Shown piece after piece: positions 46,312 to 56,838 of a DNA stretch of 64,000 nucleotides (its first letter is position 1; every line of letters begins with the position of its first letter). Below the pieces are notes generated by a model. The model ran no database searches. It was given only the letters and a program-made list of their open reading frames with translations, and had not been told where the DNA came from. Location: UHGV virus genome UHGV-0017507; one strand, written 5' to 3'. The stretch is from a virus. The position numbers were made by a program, and so were the translations under genes.

Positions 46312-46824
46312 ATGAGTAATCAGGCAAAGGATTGGCAGGAGGGCAGTTATACTGTCTGTGTAAGAGGCAACTTTGTTGAGGCTTCAAAGGTTTACAAGGA
46401 GAGGGTTGGCAGTCTCACTCGTTACAAGAAGAGTTCTGCGATTGCCAAGTGTGACCCCGAAGATGAGTTCAGTCTAAGTATGGGTGTTGCGTTGGCCATG
46501 GATAGGCTTAGCAAGGAGCTGGGTAAGGGCAAGATTAGTGTTGGTGATAAGGTTAAGATTAAGGACAGTGACTTATCTTATATCACCTATGTTAGTTGGA
46601 TTGCAGAAAATGTAAATGATATTAAGCTGGCCGCTTGCTATGATTATGAAGCCATTCCTAAAACGGACGGAGAAGAATATGTGGTTAAGGCTATTGCTCC
46701 TTGGAAAAATGGTAGCAACAATATGTTGGCTTATATTCAACGCTATTATGTATATTATAGCGGTAAAATTAGCGATAATCAACCTTGCTATCTAATGCGT
46801 ATTGATGGATTGGAGAAGGTGTAA
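46312..46824 (+). CDS. Hypothetical protein.
   Basis: ORF starting at MSNQAKD after GGAGGTTGTTAGAT. Confidence 0.35.
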   Translation: MSNQAKDWQEGSYTVCVRGNFVEASKVYKERVGSLTRYKKSSAIAKCDPEDEFSLSMGVALAMDRLSKELGKGKISVGDKVKIKDSDLSYITYVSWIAENVNDIKLAACYDYEAIPKTDGEEYVVKAIAPWKNGSNNMLAYIQRYYVYYSGKISDNQPCYLMRIDGLEKV

Positions 46825-47099
46825 TGTATCCTAAGATGATGAGTGAGGTCATCGAGGCCATTGAAACTCATTTCTGTGACGAACCAGACATTATGGTAGA
46901 TTGTATGCTATACCTAATGAACGCAAATGCCAGAGTCGAGGACGTACACAGAATTGAACGATGGTTTGATGAGCATGGGCTATGCCCTGAGTGCGGCACA
47001 AAAATCAAATATCAGCAAGTAAAGGAATATCATAGTGAGGTTGATGCTTATGAGACTTTGTATGAGCCTTACTGCCCACATTGCGATAGAGGTGAATAA
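46824..47099 (+). CDS. Small Zn-ribbon protein.
   Basis: CPECG...CPHCD. Confidence 0.35.
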   Translation: MYPKMMSEVIEAIETHFCDEPDIMVDCMLYLMNANARVEDVHRIERWFDEHGLCPECGTKIKYQQVKEYHSEVDAYETLYEPYCPHCDRGE

Positions 47100-47422
47100 T
47101 GGATAAGAGAACTCGTGAACGGCTTGAGCGTGAGAAGCTAAAGCAAATGATTGACAATAATCCTAAGCTCAAGGCTTTTCTTGATGCGGCCACAGAAGAA
47201 ACAGGCAATAAAGACCTGAAGGAGCTAATTCAGCCAGTACTTGCAGATACGTTTGATAAGATTCGCCTACAAGGGATTCAAACAGGCTGGTATGCTCATT
47301 CTTTAAGATGTGTGGATAAGATTAAGGATTGTAAGACGGTTGATGAGGCCATTGAAATCTTAAATGAAGATGTAAAGATGGCTCAAGAAAAGCTGGGGAT
47401 TAAGGAGGATAAGGATGGCTAA
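47099..47422 (+). CDS. Hypothetical protein.
   Basis: ORF only. Confidence 0.35.
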   Translation: MDKRTRERLEREKLKQMIDNNPKLKAFLDAATEETGNKDLKELIQPVLADTFDKIRLQGIQTGWYAHSLRCVDKIKDCKTVDEAIEILNEDVKMAQEKLGIKEDKDG

Positions 47423-47630
47423 TACACCTCTATCTGCCATTAAGGCGTTTTGTACTGAATGTATGGGCGATCAGCCAAGATTGGTTAAAGAGTGTACTAC
47501 TGACAGTTGTCCTTTGTGGCCTTATAGAACAGGTCATAACACCAATGTCAAACGTCAAATGACCGATGAACAACGTCAAATGGCAGCAGAACGGTTAAAG
47601 AAGGCCAGAGAAGCTAAGAACTCTACATAA
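47415..47630 (+). CDS. Small zinc-finger protein.
   Basis: CTEC...CTTDSCPLW. Confidence 0.35.
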   Translation: MANTPLSAIKAFCTECMGDQPRLVKECTTDSCPLWPYRTGHNTNVKRQMTDEQRQMAAERLKKAREAKNST

Positions 47631-47749
47631 AGTTACTATGTTTTCTGGTCTATTTTTAATTTGTTTGTCTAAGCAATATAAGTTGATGGGTTAATAACAC
47701 AGGCCCTTTCTGTGTTAAAATTATAATAAAATTATAGAGGTATGAAAAA

Positions 47750-48820
47750 ATGGATATTCTAAACAAGAGTAAGAATTTTTATCGTTGTGTTGGTACGGTC
47801 TATGAATTGGGCCTGAAAAAGGAAGATTGTGAGGTTAAGCTATATGAAGATGGCAAATCCACAGGCGAGAAGGTTAAAGCTGAATGCATCAAGGGTAGTA
47901 TTTCGGTTCGCGCAGGCGAGTCTGGTATTGTTACTTTTGGTATTTACTTTGCATCTAAGGGCTTAGATGGCAAGGAATCCAATCAATGGAAGATGGCTGA
48001 GGCCATGATGGAACTAAATCCCGAAGTCAATGGTGATGGCACTAATCCTGATCTTATTGTTGTTGAAGGCGTGATTGAGAATAATCTATATACTACTCGT
48101 ACCGGAGATGTGAATGAAACACCTCGATTCCGTGTTCGTAAGGTCAGCACTACTATCAAGGGTAGCCCTGCTATGGGTATGACACTACAGCTGAGTGGTT
48201 GTGTGGACAAGATTGTTCATGAGACTAAAATGGTAGATGGTGAGGCCGAGGAAACTGGCCGTAATATCATGACTGTGTATACATCTAATGGTAAAGGCGA
48301 AGTGTTTCCTGTGCCTATTGTCATTGAAGAGGATATTGTGGATGATATTGATGACATTGTAAGCAAGGATGATACTGTTGATATGACCGTTAATGTATTT
48401 GCTGTCACCAGCGGATTTACGAATAAGAAGAAGACTATTAGTCGTGGTCACACACTGGTTGACACCAAAACCGTATCTACTCATTATACTTATGTTTTAG
48501 ATGAGCTTGATACTTTTGAAGAACCTGATGAAAAGTTTATTGAAGGTGAAGATGGTAAGCAGACACCTGTCAAGACTTATTGGCTTGACCCTGCGGTAGT
48601 TAAGAAGGCTAAGAAGATGTATCAGGTCAAGAAGGATGAGTTTGCCAAGAATGGCGGTAATAAGGGCGGCTCTAACTCTAAGTCTGACCTAGTTGACCGT
48701 AAGGCTGCTGAGAAGGCAAAGCGTGAGACTAAGCGTATTGGTAAGAAGCCCATTAATGATTTTGAAGATTTTGAAGAGGTTGCAAATGACGATCTCCCTT
48801 TTGATGAAGATGAGTTTTGA
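47750..48820 (+). CDS. SSB-like single-stranded DNA-binding protein with an acidic C-terminal tip.
   Basis: C-terminus ...NDDLPFDEDEF resembles the SSB tip DDDIPF. OB-like N-terminal half. It is adjacent to the Sak4-like ATPase. Confidence 0.4.
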   Translation: MDILNKSKNFYRCVGTVYELGLKKEDCEVKLYEDGKSTGEKVKAECIKGSISVRAGESGIVTFGIYFASKGLDGKESNQWKMAEAMMELNPEVNGDGTNPDLIVVEGVIENNLYTTRTGDVNETPRFRVRKVSTTIKGSPAMGMTLQLSGCVDKIVHETKMVDGEAEETGRNIMTVYTSNGKGEVFPVPIVIEEDIVDDIDDIVSKDDTVDMTVNVFAVTSGFTNKKKTISRGHTLVDTKTVSTHYTYVLDELDTFEEPDEKFIEGEDGKQTPVKTYWLDPAVVKKAKKMYQVKKDEFAKNGGNKGGSNSKSDLVDRKAAEKAKRETKRIGKKPINDFEDFEEVANDDLPFDEDEF

Positions 48821-48835
48821 TTGAGGTGATGTGGA

Positions 48836-49927
48836 ATGGCGCTTGATATTACAAATCTTGAAGAAACTACAATTACCACTGGCCTTGAAGGTAAAATTCT
48901 TGGTTGGTTCGGAACCAACAATGTAGGCAAGAGCCACGTGGCCTCTAAGCTGTTCCCTGGTAAGACCTTATGGCTCGCCACAGAAAAAGGCTACAATGCC
49001 ATTTCCGGTATGCGTAAAGTGGATATTGATACGTGGAATGATTTCCGGCAGGTTGTATCTCAGCTTACCGTTAAGAATGAAAAGAAGCGTGAAAAGGTAC
49101 GGGCTATGTATCAGTGCGTTGTAGTGGACGTTGCTGACCGCCTACCTAACTTGGCCACTGCTTATATCATCTCTACCTACAACACTCAGAACGCCGAAAA
49201 GTCTGATTTTACCCCTATCACTGAGTTGTCTGGTGTTCCCTATGGTGGTGGCTATGCCATGCTAAACAAGGAGATGGACAGTCAAATCAATAAGCTGGCA
49301 CTGTCTGGTTACTGTGTTGTTCTAATCTTCCATGACGAAATCCGTAAGGTTAAGGAAGGCAGAGATGAATATGAATATATTGTGCCTAAGAACACCTTTA
49401 ACAAGGCTGGCAATGCTCTAAAGGATATTCCTGACTTCATGATTTATCTTGAGTCTCAAGGTGTTGATGAGAATGGTAAGGTTGTTTTGTCTATCGGTCA
49501 CTGTGTACAGCATAAGGAGTATTTTGCTCGTAGTCGGTTTACTGAGTGTCCTGAGACAATCAACCCCTTTACCGCCGATAATCTAAAAGAAACTGTGCGT
49601 ATCGCTTGTGAGCGTGAGGCTGAGAAGCAGGGTGCCACTACTATTACCTATGCTGAAGAGGAAACTCAGCGTGAGAAGGAAAAGGCCGATAAGAAGAAGT
49701 CTGCTGCTGAGCTAATTGAAGAGATTAAGCCCATTTATGGCGCTCTACGAAAGGCTAAATTCACTGCGGCTGTCAATGGTATTGTTGGCGACTTCCTTGG
49801 GTATGATGACAACGACAAACCTAATAAGATTAGTGAGGCCGATGATTCTAAGATCGAAGCTCTACAATGTATCTATGATAAACTGGTAGACATGGCTGAA
49901 GAAAAGGGTATTGACTGGGAAGAATAA
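48836..49927 (+). CDS. Sak4/AAA_24-type RecA-like ATPase (single-strand annealing or recombination).
   Basis: KILGWFGTNNVGKSHVA (Walker A), ...TLWLATEKG..., and CVVVDVAD (Walker B) fit the AAA_24 layout. Confidence 0.5.
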   Translation: MALDITNLEETTITTGLEGKILGWFGTNNVGKSHVASKLFPGKTLWLATEKGYNAISGMRKVDIDTWNDFRQVVSQLTVKNEKKREKVRAMYQCVVVDVADRLPNLATAYIISTYNTQNAEKSDFTPITELSGVPYGGGYAMLNKEMDSQINKLALSGYCVVLIFHDEIRKVKEGRDEYEYIVPKNTFNKAGNALKDIPDFMIYLESQGVDENGKVVLSIGHCVQHKEYFARSRFTECPETINPFTADNLKETVRIACEREAEKQGATTITYAEEETQREKEKADKKKSAAELIEEIKPIYGALRKAKFTAAVNGIVGDFLGYDDNDKPNKISEADDSKIEALQCIYDKLVDMAEEKGIDWEE

Positions 49928-49935
49928 ACCAAACT

Positions 49936-49967
49936 AAAGACGGCTGGCCAACGCTGGCCGTCTTTTT
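49936..49967 (+). terminator. Rho-independent terminator.
   Basis: AAAGACGGC...GCCGTCTTT is a 9-bp stem, followed by TTTTTC. Confidence 0.6.
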
Positions 49968-49981
49968 CAATAGGAGGGTAT

Positions 49982-50359
49982 ATGGCCACCTCTAAACTAA
50001 CAGAACAAGAAAAGAAAGACCGTCGTAAAGTCACAGATTTAATCCAATCTATGTGGGGCGAAGATGCCAACTGGAAGTTGCTTACCGCTCAACTCAAGAA
50101 CATTATGAAAGAATATGACCTAACACACAAAGATGTGTACTATATCCTTAAATATTGTAAAGATTATGAGCAAGTAGTGATTGATGGTGAGTATGGATTG
50201 TATCAGTTGTTCCCAAAATACATTGACGTTACACAGGTGTTCAGGGATAAGTTGGCTGAGGCCAAAGAAAAAGCAAATGAAATAGGTACAATTCTACCTA
50301 TTAAAGTTAAAAAGTATCGGCCTCAAAGGAAGATTAAAGATGACTTGACTTTTGACTAG
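49982..50359 (+). CDS. Hypothetical protein.
   Basis: ORF with the RBS ATAGGAGGGTATATG. Confidence 0.4.
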   Translation: MATSKLTEQEKKDRRKVTDLIQSMWGEDANWKLLTAQLKNIMKEYDLTHKDVYYILKYCKDYEQVVIDGEYGLYQLFPKYIDVTQVFRDKLAEAKEKANEIGTILPIKVKKYRPQRKIKDDLTFD

Positions 50360-50395
50360 TCTTATGATATACTCATAATATAATCAATTAAAGGA

Positions 50396-51727
50396 ATGAA
50401 TATTATGAGCTATTCAAAAGATTCCTATTATTTTTTTAAGTCTCATGGCATTTGCACACGTTGCCAAAAAGAAAAGGCGTTGGAAGGTCATACTATGTGT
50501 ATAAATTGTCTGGCCAACGAAGTTGTGCGAGAGTCTAAGCATACCTCCCCAAGTGAAAGACAAAAACAAGTGAGAAAAGAAAAGTACCAATATCGTAAAC
50601 AAAACGGGTTATGTGTAGACTGTGGCAAACCAAGATACAAAGACAGTGCTTCTTATTGTTATGAACATATGCTATACCACAAGCGCAAGCAAAGAGAATA
50701 TAATGCAACAAAAGATAAGATTTATGATGGATGTCCCCGTTGTGGTAAACCAAGCAAATCTGGATATAAACTATGTGAATATCATTACAACTTGGCTGTT
50801 AATGCAGTCAAAGAAGGCCGGAAGAAGGTGAAAGATTTGTCCTTCATGCAAGAGAATGGAAATTATTGGAAGATGAAACAACGATTTGTTGTCACTAATG
50901 ATAATGGTACGATGAAATTGTATTATAATAGTATTGAACAGGCAAAAGAAAGCTGGCCCGAGTGTAAAATCGAGCTAATCGAACAGTCTAATAAGCACAC
51001 TGAATTTGTAAACAAAATTGCCGAAAAGTCCATAAAAACTCTTTTCGACAATAGGAACCGAACCGTTTGTCAACTCGTTTTTTCTTGGGGTTGGGGTTTG
51101 TTTAGATTTACAAAACAAAATAATGATTGGCTTGATTTGTGCGAATATCAATTACACAATAGCAATGATAAAAAAGAAACTGAATTGTGGATGCTTGGTC
51201 AGCCAGAGGCGGTATGGAACGAAATAATCAATATCAATCCTACGTTTATTGAATTACAAGCCGTATGTAAATTTAAAGGTGGTAAATTGACTCGTCCAAA
51301 AGAACTTAAAGGATTAAAGCAAATTGGGTCTGTTCAGTATTGTAAGTTAAAATGTCCAATTTTTGTAGTTGACAATGATATTTATATCAATCACCATGAA
51401 TATTTCTGTCCTGTATGGATACCATCTGACCCAGAATATAGATTTGCGCCCTTAAATGTTCAAGTTGAACATTATTTTGGCAAGAGCAAAAGTAAGAAAT
51501 TCATCTATGATGATGATTGGGGGAGTATTGTTCTACAAAATGTGGCTTGGTTAAAATTTCAAAATTATGTTCCTCTATTTAAGTATATGAAGCTCAATGA
51601 TATTGCTTTAATGATGAGAAATCAAGTTTTTGAATCTCATGGTTTTGACACAACAAAAGGAGCTTATCAAGAATGGTTAAGTTTTGCTGAAAAAGTGTGT
51701 ACATTGGTTGGAAAGGAGCTGAAATAA
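50396..51727 (+). CDS. Protein with three N-terminal CxxC Zn-ribbon repeats and an unknown C-terminal domain.
   Basis: CTRCQ...CINC, CVDCG...CYEH and CPRCG...CEYH. Confidence 0.4.
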   Translation: MNIMSYSKDSYYFFKSHGICTRCQKEKALEGHTMCINCLANEVVRESKHTSPSERQKQVRKEKYQYRKQNGLCVDCGKPRYKDSASYCYEHMLYHKRKQREYNATKDKIYDGCPRCGKPSKSGYKLCEYHYNLAVNAVKEGRKKVKDLSFMQENGNYWKMKQRFVVTNDNGTMKLYYNSIEQAKESWPECKIELIEQSNKHTEFVNKIAEKSIKTLFDNRNRTVCQLVFSWGWGLFRFTKQNNDWLDLCEYQLHNSNDKKETELWMLGQPEAVWNEIININPTFIELQAVCKFKGGKLTRPKELKGLKQIGSVQYCKLKCPIFVVDNDIYINHHEYFCPVWIPSDPEYRFAPLNVQVEHYFGKSKSKKFIYDDDWGSIVLQNVAWLKFQNYVPLFKYMKLNDIALMMRNQVFESHGFDTTKGAYQEWLSFAEKVCTLVGKELK

Positions 51728-51798
51728 ATGATATTAAATCGGCAGTTCTTTTACGATAAAAAACGTAATAAAATAAGAAGTGGAGTGAGATAATTTTT

Positions 51799-52098
51799 AT
51801 GGAATTAAATGATTATAAAGAGTTAGTTGCAAAATTAAAGCAAGAAAACAAACTTGGTGAACCGTCCAAAATCTTCAAAGAGGATTTGTTAAAATATGTG
51901 ATATTGTATTGCTTTTTCCATTTTCAAAGAGAAATTATAGCAATAAATGAAGAAAATATAACGACAACTATTGACAATCTTTTTGCTTATGAGGTGTTAA
52001 GTGAAAAATATAAAAGCAACGATGAGGAAAATTATGCTTTTGAAATTTGTGACGCATTAAGTATTCTTTGGGAAGAGTATATTAAAAACGAATCTTGA
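51799..52098 (+). CDS. Hypothetical protein.
   Basis: ORF only. Confidence 0.35.
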   Translation: MELNDYKELVAKLKQENKLGEPSKIFKEDLLKYVILYCFFHFQREIIAINEENITTTIDNLFAYEVLSEKYKSNDEENYAFEICDALSILWEEYIKNES

Positions 52099-52143
52099 CT
52101 TTTGATTGAGATGGTGGTATGATTAAGATAAAGGAGGGGTAAT

Positions 52144-52335
52144 ATGACCGTAGCAAAATTAAAACAGACATTATCTAAGTATCCTGATTACATGGAAGTT
52201 AGGGTTGCCAGTGGCCCCGTTATTTCATCTATTGATGAAATCAAGCCTGTTATTGACATTGATACTAACATTATGTCAGTAATAATGTGTGGTAGTCGGT
52301 TAAATATTGGATGGCATGAGGAGAAGAATAAGTAA
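52144..52335 (+). CDS. Hypothetical small protein.
   Basis: ORF after TTGACT-N17-TATGAT and AAAGGAGGGGTAAT. Confidence 0.35.
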   Translation: MTVAKLKQTLSKYPDYMEVRVASGPVISSIDEIKPVIDIDTNIMSVIMCGSRLNIGWHEEKNK

Positions 52336-53861
52336 TGCTATATTCAAGCAATTATGCGGCTTTATTGTTAGGTTGTTTAATGAACAACACTCAACTTTTA
52401 TTCAATCCATCTTATCCCCTAACCAAAACCGACTTTGACCCTGAGCCAGTACATCGTATTATCTTTATTGCTACTTGCAAACTTGCTGAGGCTGGGGCTG
52501 GTAATGTTAGTGAGGTTGAGATTGATAATTATGTCAAGGACTATCCTGCTCAATATGAAACACTAAACGATAGTAATTTTCTTGACTTTGTGCCTACTGT
52601 AAAAGAGTTATGTTCGCCTGAGAGTTTTGAGCTATATTATACCACCCTGCGCAAGTTCAGTCTATTGCGTGAATTAAAGGCTGATGGGTATAACATTGCT
52701 GATTACTATGATGAAATGCTCGATGAAACAGAGCAAATGGCCAAGTTGAACAAGTGGACTATCGGCGAGATTCTTACAGACATTGAGTTTAAGTCAGCAA
52801 AGCTAAGAACAAAGTATGATGTTAAGTATGTGCGGAATGAAATCAAGGCTGGCGAGAATGTAGCTGAAAGGTTGGCTGGTTTTAAGGAACAACCGTCATT
52901 TGGTGCTTTGTTTCAGAGTGGGTATCTAAGCACAATTTGGAATGGATGGTGTAGAGGACACTTGGGCCTAAGAGGTGGTGGGTCTGGTACAGGTAAAAGT
53001 CGCCTTGGTGTAGCTGATTTAGCCAAAGCCGGAGCAAAAGAACTATGGTCAGATGAGATTGGTGATTTTGTTGTCAATGACAATTACCAATCGCCTACTT
53101 TATTCATTGCCACAGAGCAAGACATCGAGACAGAGGTTGAACCAATGTTCTGGTCTGCTGTGAGTGGGGTTGAGTACAGGTCAATTAAGAATGGCCTGTG
53201 TACACCTGACGAAGAAGCCCGTATTATCAAGGCTGGTGAGATTATCGCCCAATCTAACCTTCATATCACGTCTATGCCCAACTTTAACACCAAAGCTCTA
53301 AAACGCAAAATCAAAGAGATGGTTGAGTGTGAAGGTATTGGGTATTGTGTGTTTGACTATATGGAGCAACAGGGTGATATTAGCCAAGAATACCGTGAGG
53401 TTGTGGGAAATGCTGGTAGACAAGACCAAGTATTATTGTATTTGGCTACAGAACTAAAGACAATGGCTGAAGATATGAATGTTGGTATCTTGACAAGCCA
53501 ACAGTTGAATGATACTTGGAAGAGTTTAAGTTTTGTTGACGAAACGGCCCTGGCTGGTGGTAAATCGACTAAAAACAAAATCGATTTTGGTTCAATCATC
53601 GTACCAACATCCTACCTACGCAAAGATCTTAAACAAATTGAACCTTATCTAAAACGTCATGGTGTAGGAGATAAGAGGCCACCTTTGCCTAATATCTGTG
53701 AGTATATATTCAAGTCACGATACGGTATTTATGGTGATAAGCGCCTTAAACTCTGGTCATATTTTGACCGTGGCACATTCCAGCGCCTTGATTATTTTGT
53801 CACAGATGATGAGAATAACGTAATGGCCGACATTAGACCAACTGAATTGGAGGATTTTTAA
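52335..53861 (+). CDS. DnaB-like replicative helicase (P-loop).
   Basis: LGLRGGGSGTGKSRLGV is a Walker A motif in a 508-aa protein with an N-terminal helical domain. Sits in the replication cluster. Confidence 0.5.
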   Translation: MLYSSNYAALLLGCLMNNTQLLFNPSYPLTKTDFDPEPVHRIIFIATCKLAEAGAGNVSEVEIDNYVKDYPAQYETLNDSNFLDFVPTVKELCSPESFELYYTTLRKFSLLRELKADGYNIADYYDEMLDETEQMAKLNKWTIGEILTDIEFKSAKLRTKYDVKYVRNEIKAGENVAERLAGFKEQPSFGALFQSGYLSTIWNGWCRGHLGLRGGGSGTGKSRLGVADLAKAGAKELWSDEIGDFVVNDNYQSPTLFIATEQDIETEVEPMFWSAVSGVEYRSIKNGLCTPDEEARIIKAGEIIAQSNLHITSMPNFNTKALKRKIKEMVECEGIGYCVFDYMEQQGDISQEYREVVGNAGRQDQVLLYLATELKTMAEDMNVGILTSQQLNDTWKSLSFVDETALAGGKSTKNKIDFGSIIVPTSYLRKDLKQIEPYLKRHGVGDKRPPLPNICEYIFKSRYGIYGDKRLKLWSYFDRGTFQRLDYFVTDDENNVMADIRPTELEDF

Positions 53862-54112
53862 TGAAGAAAGATGGTAAGTATGACCTAACACCCTTATTTT
53901 CTGCGCTTGGTGTGGTTGCATTTTTTGTGTTTTGTATACCTGTTCTAGATTCTATTGGGTCTTGGGTAAGTAATGTGTTCGGTTTAAAGTCTATTAAACT
54001 GAATCATGAAGCATCACAATATGCAACCGAAATAGAAGAAGAAAATCTTCCAGTTCAAGCAGTTGGTTTTCAAGTTCCTTCTGAAGAAGAGGAGATGATT
54101 GAAGATGAGTGA
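53861..54112 (+). CDS. Small membrane protein.
   Basis: TM helix LFSALGVVAFFVFCIPVL. Confidence 0.35.
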   Translation: MKKDGKYDLTPLFSALGVVAFFVFCIPVLDSIGSWVSNVFGLKSIKLNHEASQYATEIEEENLPVQAVGFQVPSEEEEMIEDE

Positions 54113-54308
54113 GCGGATTAGGTACCTAAAAGAAAGCCCTTGCTATCAATGTGGTATGGCTCAGGAATGTTTGGTTAAGATTACCAGATGCCCAAGTTTG
54201 CAAGAAATCAGTGATTATGTAATGCCTCGGGCTGATTATGATTACCATGATTGTATGCTGTATAAGGTACTAAAGATGGAGGTGGAGAATGGGAAGCGGC
54301 ACAGCTAA
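54099..54308 (+). CDS. Small Cys-containing protein.
   Basis: ORF only. Confidence 0.3.
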   Translation: MKMSERIRYLKESPCYQCGMAQECLVKITRCPSLQEISDYVMPRADYDYHDCMLYKVLKMEVENGKRHS

Positions 54309-55677
54309 GCCATATGTTAAGTTCCCATCTAATGCCTCTGTTGCTGTAGCAGGGTCAGCTCACCTTGTTCGGTTTCAGAATTACGGTATTTTGTTAGATT
54401 GTGGCCTATCTCAGGGCCATGATATTGCCACAGATTATCAGAACAATAAAAACTTCCTCAAATCCATTCGTGTTAAAGAAATCCAATGGGTTATCTTATC
54501 TCACCCCCACGCTGATCACAGTGCCCTTATCCCAGCCCTATTTGCAAAAGGCGCTCAGGCCCATGTTTATGTACCATTAGGGTCTAAACCAATTTTGAGA
54601 CTCCTATGGGAGGACAGCTTAAAAATTCATCAATCTGATTGTATCAAGCTCAACAATAAACATGGTAAAGGTTATCACCCATTTTATACAACAGATGATA
54701 TTGATACGGCTTTGAATAGGTGCATTGAGGTTGATTATCATCAGAAGATTAATCTTACCAAAAACATCTGGTTTGAGTATTATCCTGCTGGACATATTCT
54801 TTACTCTGCTCAAGTATATCTATCTATGACACAAGGGTATCAAGAATATCGTGTTGGGTTTAGTGGTGATGTAGGCGGCAAGACAGAACGGCCTTATACA
54901 GAGCCTTATGAGCCATTGCCTTTTGTTGATATGCTGATTCATGAATGTACGTATTGTCAACCTACACGACCAAATAGCATTAAGGATAGGCCAAAAGACC
55001 TTGAAAAGATTGAGGCTGTGGTTAATGATAGTCATAGAGTGCTGTTTCCTTGTTTCTCTTTGCAACGCACACAAGAGCTACTAATAGTGTTGTATCAAAT
55101 GTGGGTAAACGGTCGTTTACCCAATATCCCTGTTTATCTAGATAGTCCTCTTGCTATTAAATTCTGTAATATTTGGCCTGAGACAGAAGAGTGGAAAGCT
55201 GTAATGAATTGGCCTATGCTCAAGTTCATTACTGAGACAGTAGATAGTAAATCTCTACAAATGTCAAACGAGCATTGTATTGTCATCGCTGCTTCAGGTT
55301 TTCTTTCAGGAGGGCGGATTTTGAGCCATCTTACAACAGCTCTGCCTAATCCTAACAACATCCTTATGTTCATCGGCTATAGCGGTGAGAATAATCTTGC
55401 TGCTAAAATCAAGTCAGGTGAGCCATTTGTAGAAGTTAATGGTGTTGTGCTTGAGAACAAGGCCAAGATTGTTGAACTACGTTCCTGGTCAAGTCATGCA
55501 AGCTATGAAGAGCTTATGAATTATCTTACTACTCTAAGGTATAACAAGGTTTGTTTGGTACATGGGGATATGGACGGCAAGGTGGCCTTCGCTAAAACGC
55601 TTAAAGAAAAACTCGTTTCACAAGGCAAATCAAGCCGTGTAATTGCAGTAAACGCCGATAGTAAAATTTATATTTAA
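54289..55677 (+). CDS. Metallo-beta-lactamase-fold nuclease of the beta-CASP / RNase J / SNM1 type.
   Basis: HPHADH is the HxHxDH motif. GxD upstream. 462 aa, long enough for a beta-CASP insertion. Confidence 0.55.
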   Translation: MGSGTAKPYVKFPSNASVAVAGSAHLVRFQNYGILLDCGLSQGHDIATDYQNNKNFLKSIRVKEIQWVILSHPHADHSALIPALFAKGAQAHVYVPLGSKPILRLLWEDSLKIHQSDCIKLNNKHGKGYHPFYTTDDIDTALNRCIEVDYHQKINLTKNIWFEYYPAGHILYSAQVYLSMTQGYQEYRVGFSGDVGGKTERPYTEPYEPLPFVDMLIHECTYCQPTRPNSIKDRPKDLEKIEAVVNDSHRVLFPCFSLQRTQELLIVLYQMWVNGRLPNIPVYLDSPLAIKFCNIWPETEEWKAVMNWPMLKFITETVDSKSLQMSNEHCIVIAASGFLSGGRILSHLTTALPNPNNILMFIGYSGENNLAAKIKSGEPFVEVNGVVLENKAKIVELRSWSSHASYEELMNYLTTLRYNKVCLVHGDMDGKVAFAKTLKEKLVSQGKSSRVIAVNADSKIYI

Positions 55678-55680
55678 CCC

Positions 55681-55710
55681 TTGACAAGCCGCTTCCTTGT
55701 ATGATATAAT
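55681..55710 (+). promoter_or_regulatory. Sigma70-like promoter.
   Basis: TTGACA-N18-TATAAT. Confidence 0.45.
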
Positions 55711-55740
55711 CTACTTATCTAAGAAAGGGGGCGGCTTGTT

Positions 55741-55995
55741 ATGGCAAAATTCCAAGTTGGTCAAATGGTCAAGTATGTGGGCCGAGAAGGATATTGGAGT
55801 CCAGCCAAAGGAACTATTGGTAAGGTGCTAAGACTAAATCGTTATGATAATGAATTTTTGGTTGACTTCCCTAAAGGTAGTATTGTAGGGGCCACATTCG
55901 ACGCAAATTTCTGGTTCAATGAAGATGAATTAGAACCTGTTGATGAATTATGTAAACCAAAACGAAAACTAATGAGATATTGGTATTATAAATGA
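55741..55995 (+). CDS. Hypothetical protein.
   Basis: ORF only. Confidence 0.35.
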   Translation: MAKFQVGQMVKYVGREGYWSPAKGTIGKVLRLNRYDNEFLVDFPKGSIVGATFDANFWFNEDELEPVDELCKPKRKLMRYWYYK

Positions 55996-56243
55996 TGTTT
56001 GGATTTAATGACTTGTTTAACTCTACGGAGTATATCATTGAGATTTATGAGGGCACAGCTTTAGTTCAACAACAAAAAGTAGCTCTACCTGAACAAATGG
56101 CCCAAGGCCAGTTTATGCAATTATGTCAACAAATCAAATCTACTGGACACCCTATGAAAGTTAAAATGATTCGATATGATTGGGTAGAAGGCCGTGATAC
56201 ACCTCTTGAATGCTCAATTGAATACCAAACATGGAGTGATTGA
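55992..56243 (+). CDS. Hypothetical protein.
   Basis: ORF only. Confidence 0.35.
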   Translation: MMFGFNDLFNSTEYIIEIYEGTALVQQQKVALPEQMAQGQFMQLCQQIKSTGHPMKVKMIRYDWVEGRDTPLECSIEYQTWSD

Positions 56244-56244
56244 T

Positions 56245-56439
56245 ATGAGAGAGATTATTGCTTTCTTGGTGTATACGCTATTAGGTATCTGTTTAGCTAA
56301 CATTGTGATTGGCAATAGCGGTCATAAAATGGATGAGCTTGAGGAACTTGTTGCAATCGTTGTGTTGGCTGCGTTTTGGCCTATTGCTTTGGTTGCTTTA
56401 GGGGTTATTACTTTAGATAACTGGTTGAATAGGAGATAA
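56245..56439 (+). CDS. Small membrane protein, a holin-like candidate.
   Basis: Two TM helices in 64 aa. Confidence 0.3.
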   Translation: MREIIAFLVYTLLGICLANIVIGNSGHKMDELEELVAIVVLAAFWPIALVALGVITLDNWLNRR

Positions 56440-56441
56440 GT

Positions 56442-56672
56442 ATGGATAATTTGATTAAGGCTATGTATTGCTTTCTTACTGATTGTCAAGGTTCTGTGCC
56501 CTGTGAAACCTGTACTTATAACCAAAATGAATATGATGTTTTGGCAGAGGATTTGCTAAATAATGGTATTCAAAAGATTGCTGACCTACAAAAGTCTAAC
56601 CGCAACTGGCGTAGAAAAGCCCAACGTTTGCGGAAAGAAATTAAGGAATTGAAGGAGAAAGAAAATGTTTGA
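56442..56672 (+). CDS. Hypothetical protein.
   Basis: ORF only. Confidence 0.35.
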   Translation: MDNLIKAMYCFLTDCQGSVPCETCTYNQNEYDVLAEDLLNNGIQKIADLQKSNRNWRRKAQRLRKEIKELKEKENV

Positions 56673-56838
56673 GATTGTATTGACTGGGTTGCTGTTGATT
56701 TTGGCCATTGTTAATCTGTGGACGGCTAAGACAGCCTATAAAGACAAGCGATATAGCTCTGCTTGTGTAGGCTGTTTTGTGAGTGGGATTTGTTTTTCAG
56801 GGGTTGTGTTTGATGTGTTACATTTGATTGGAGGATGA
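56665..56838 (+). CDS. Small membrane protein.
   Basis: 57 aa with two TM helices. Not in the ORF track because it is under 60 aa. Confidence 0.3.
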   Translation: MFEIVLTGLLLILAIVNLWTAKTAYKDKRYSSACVGCFVSGICFSGVVFDVLHLIGG

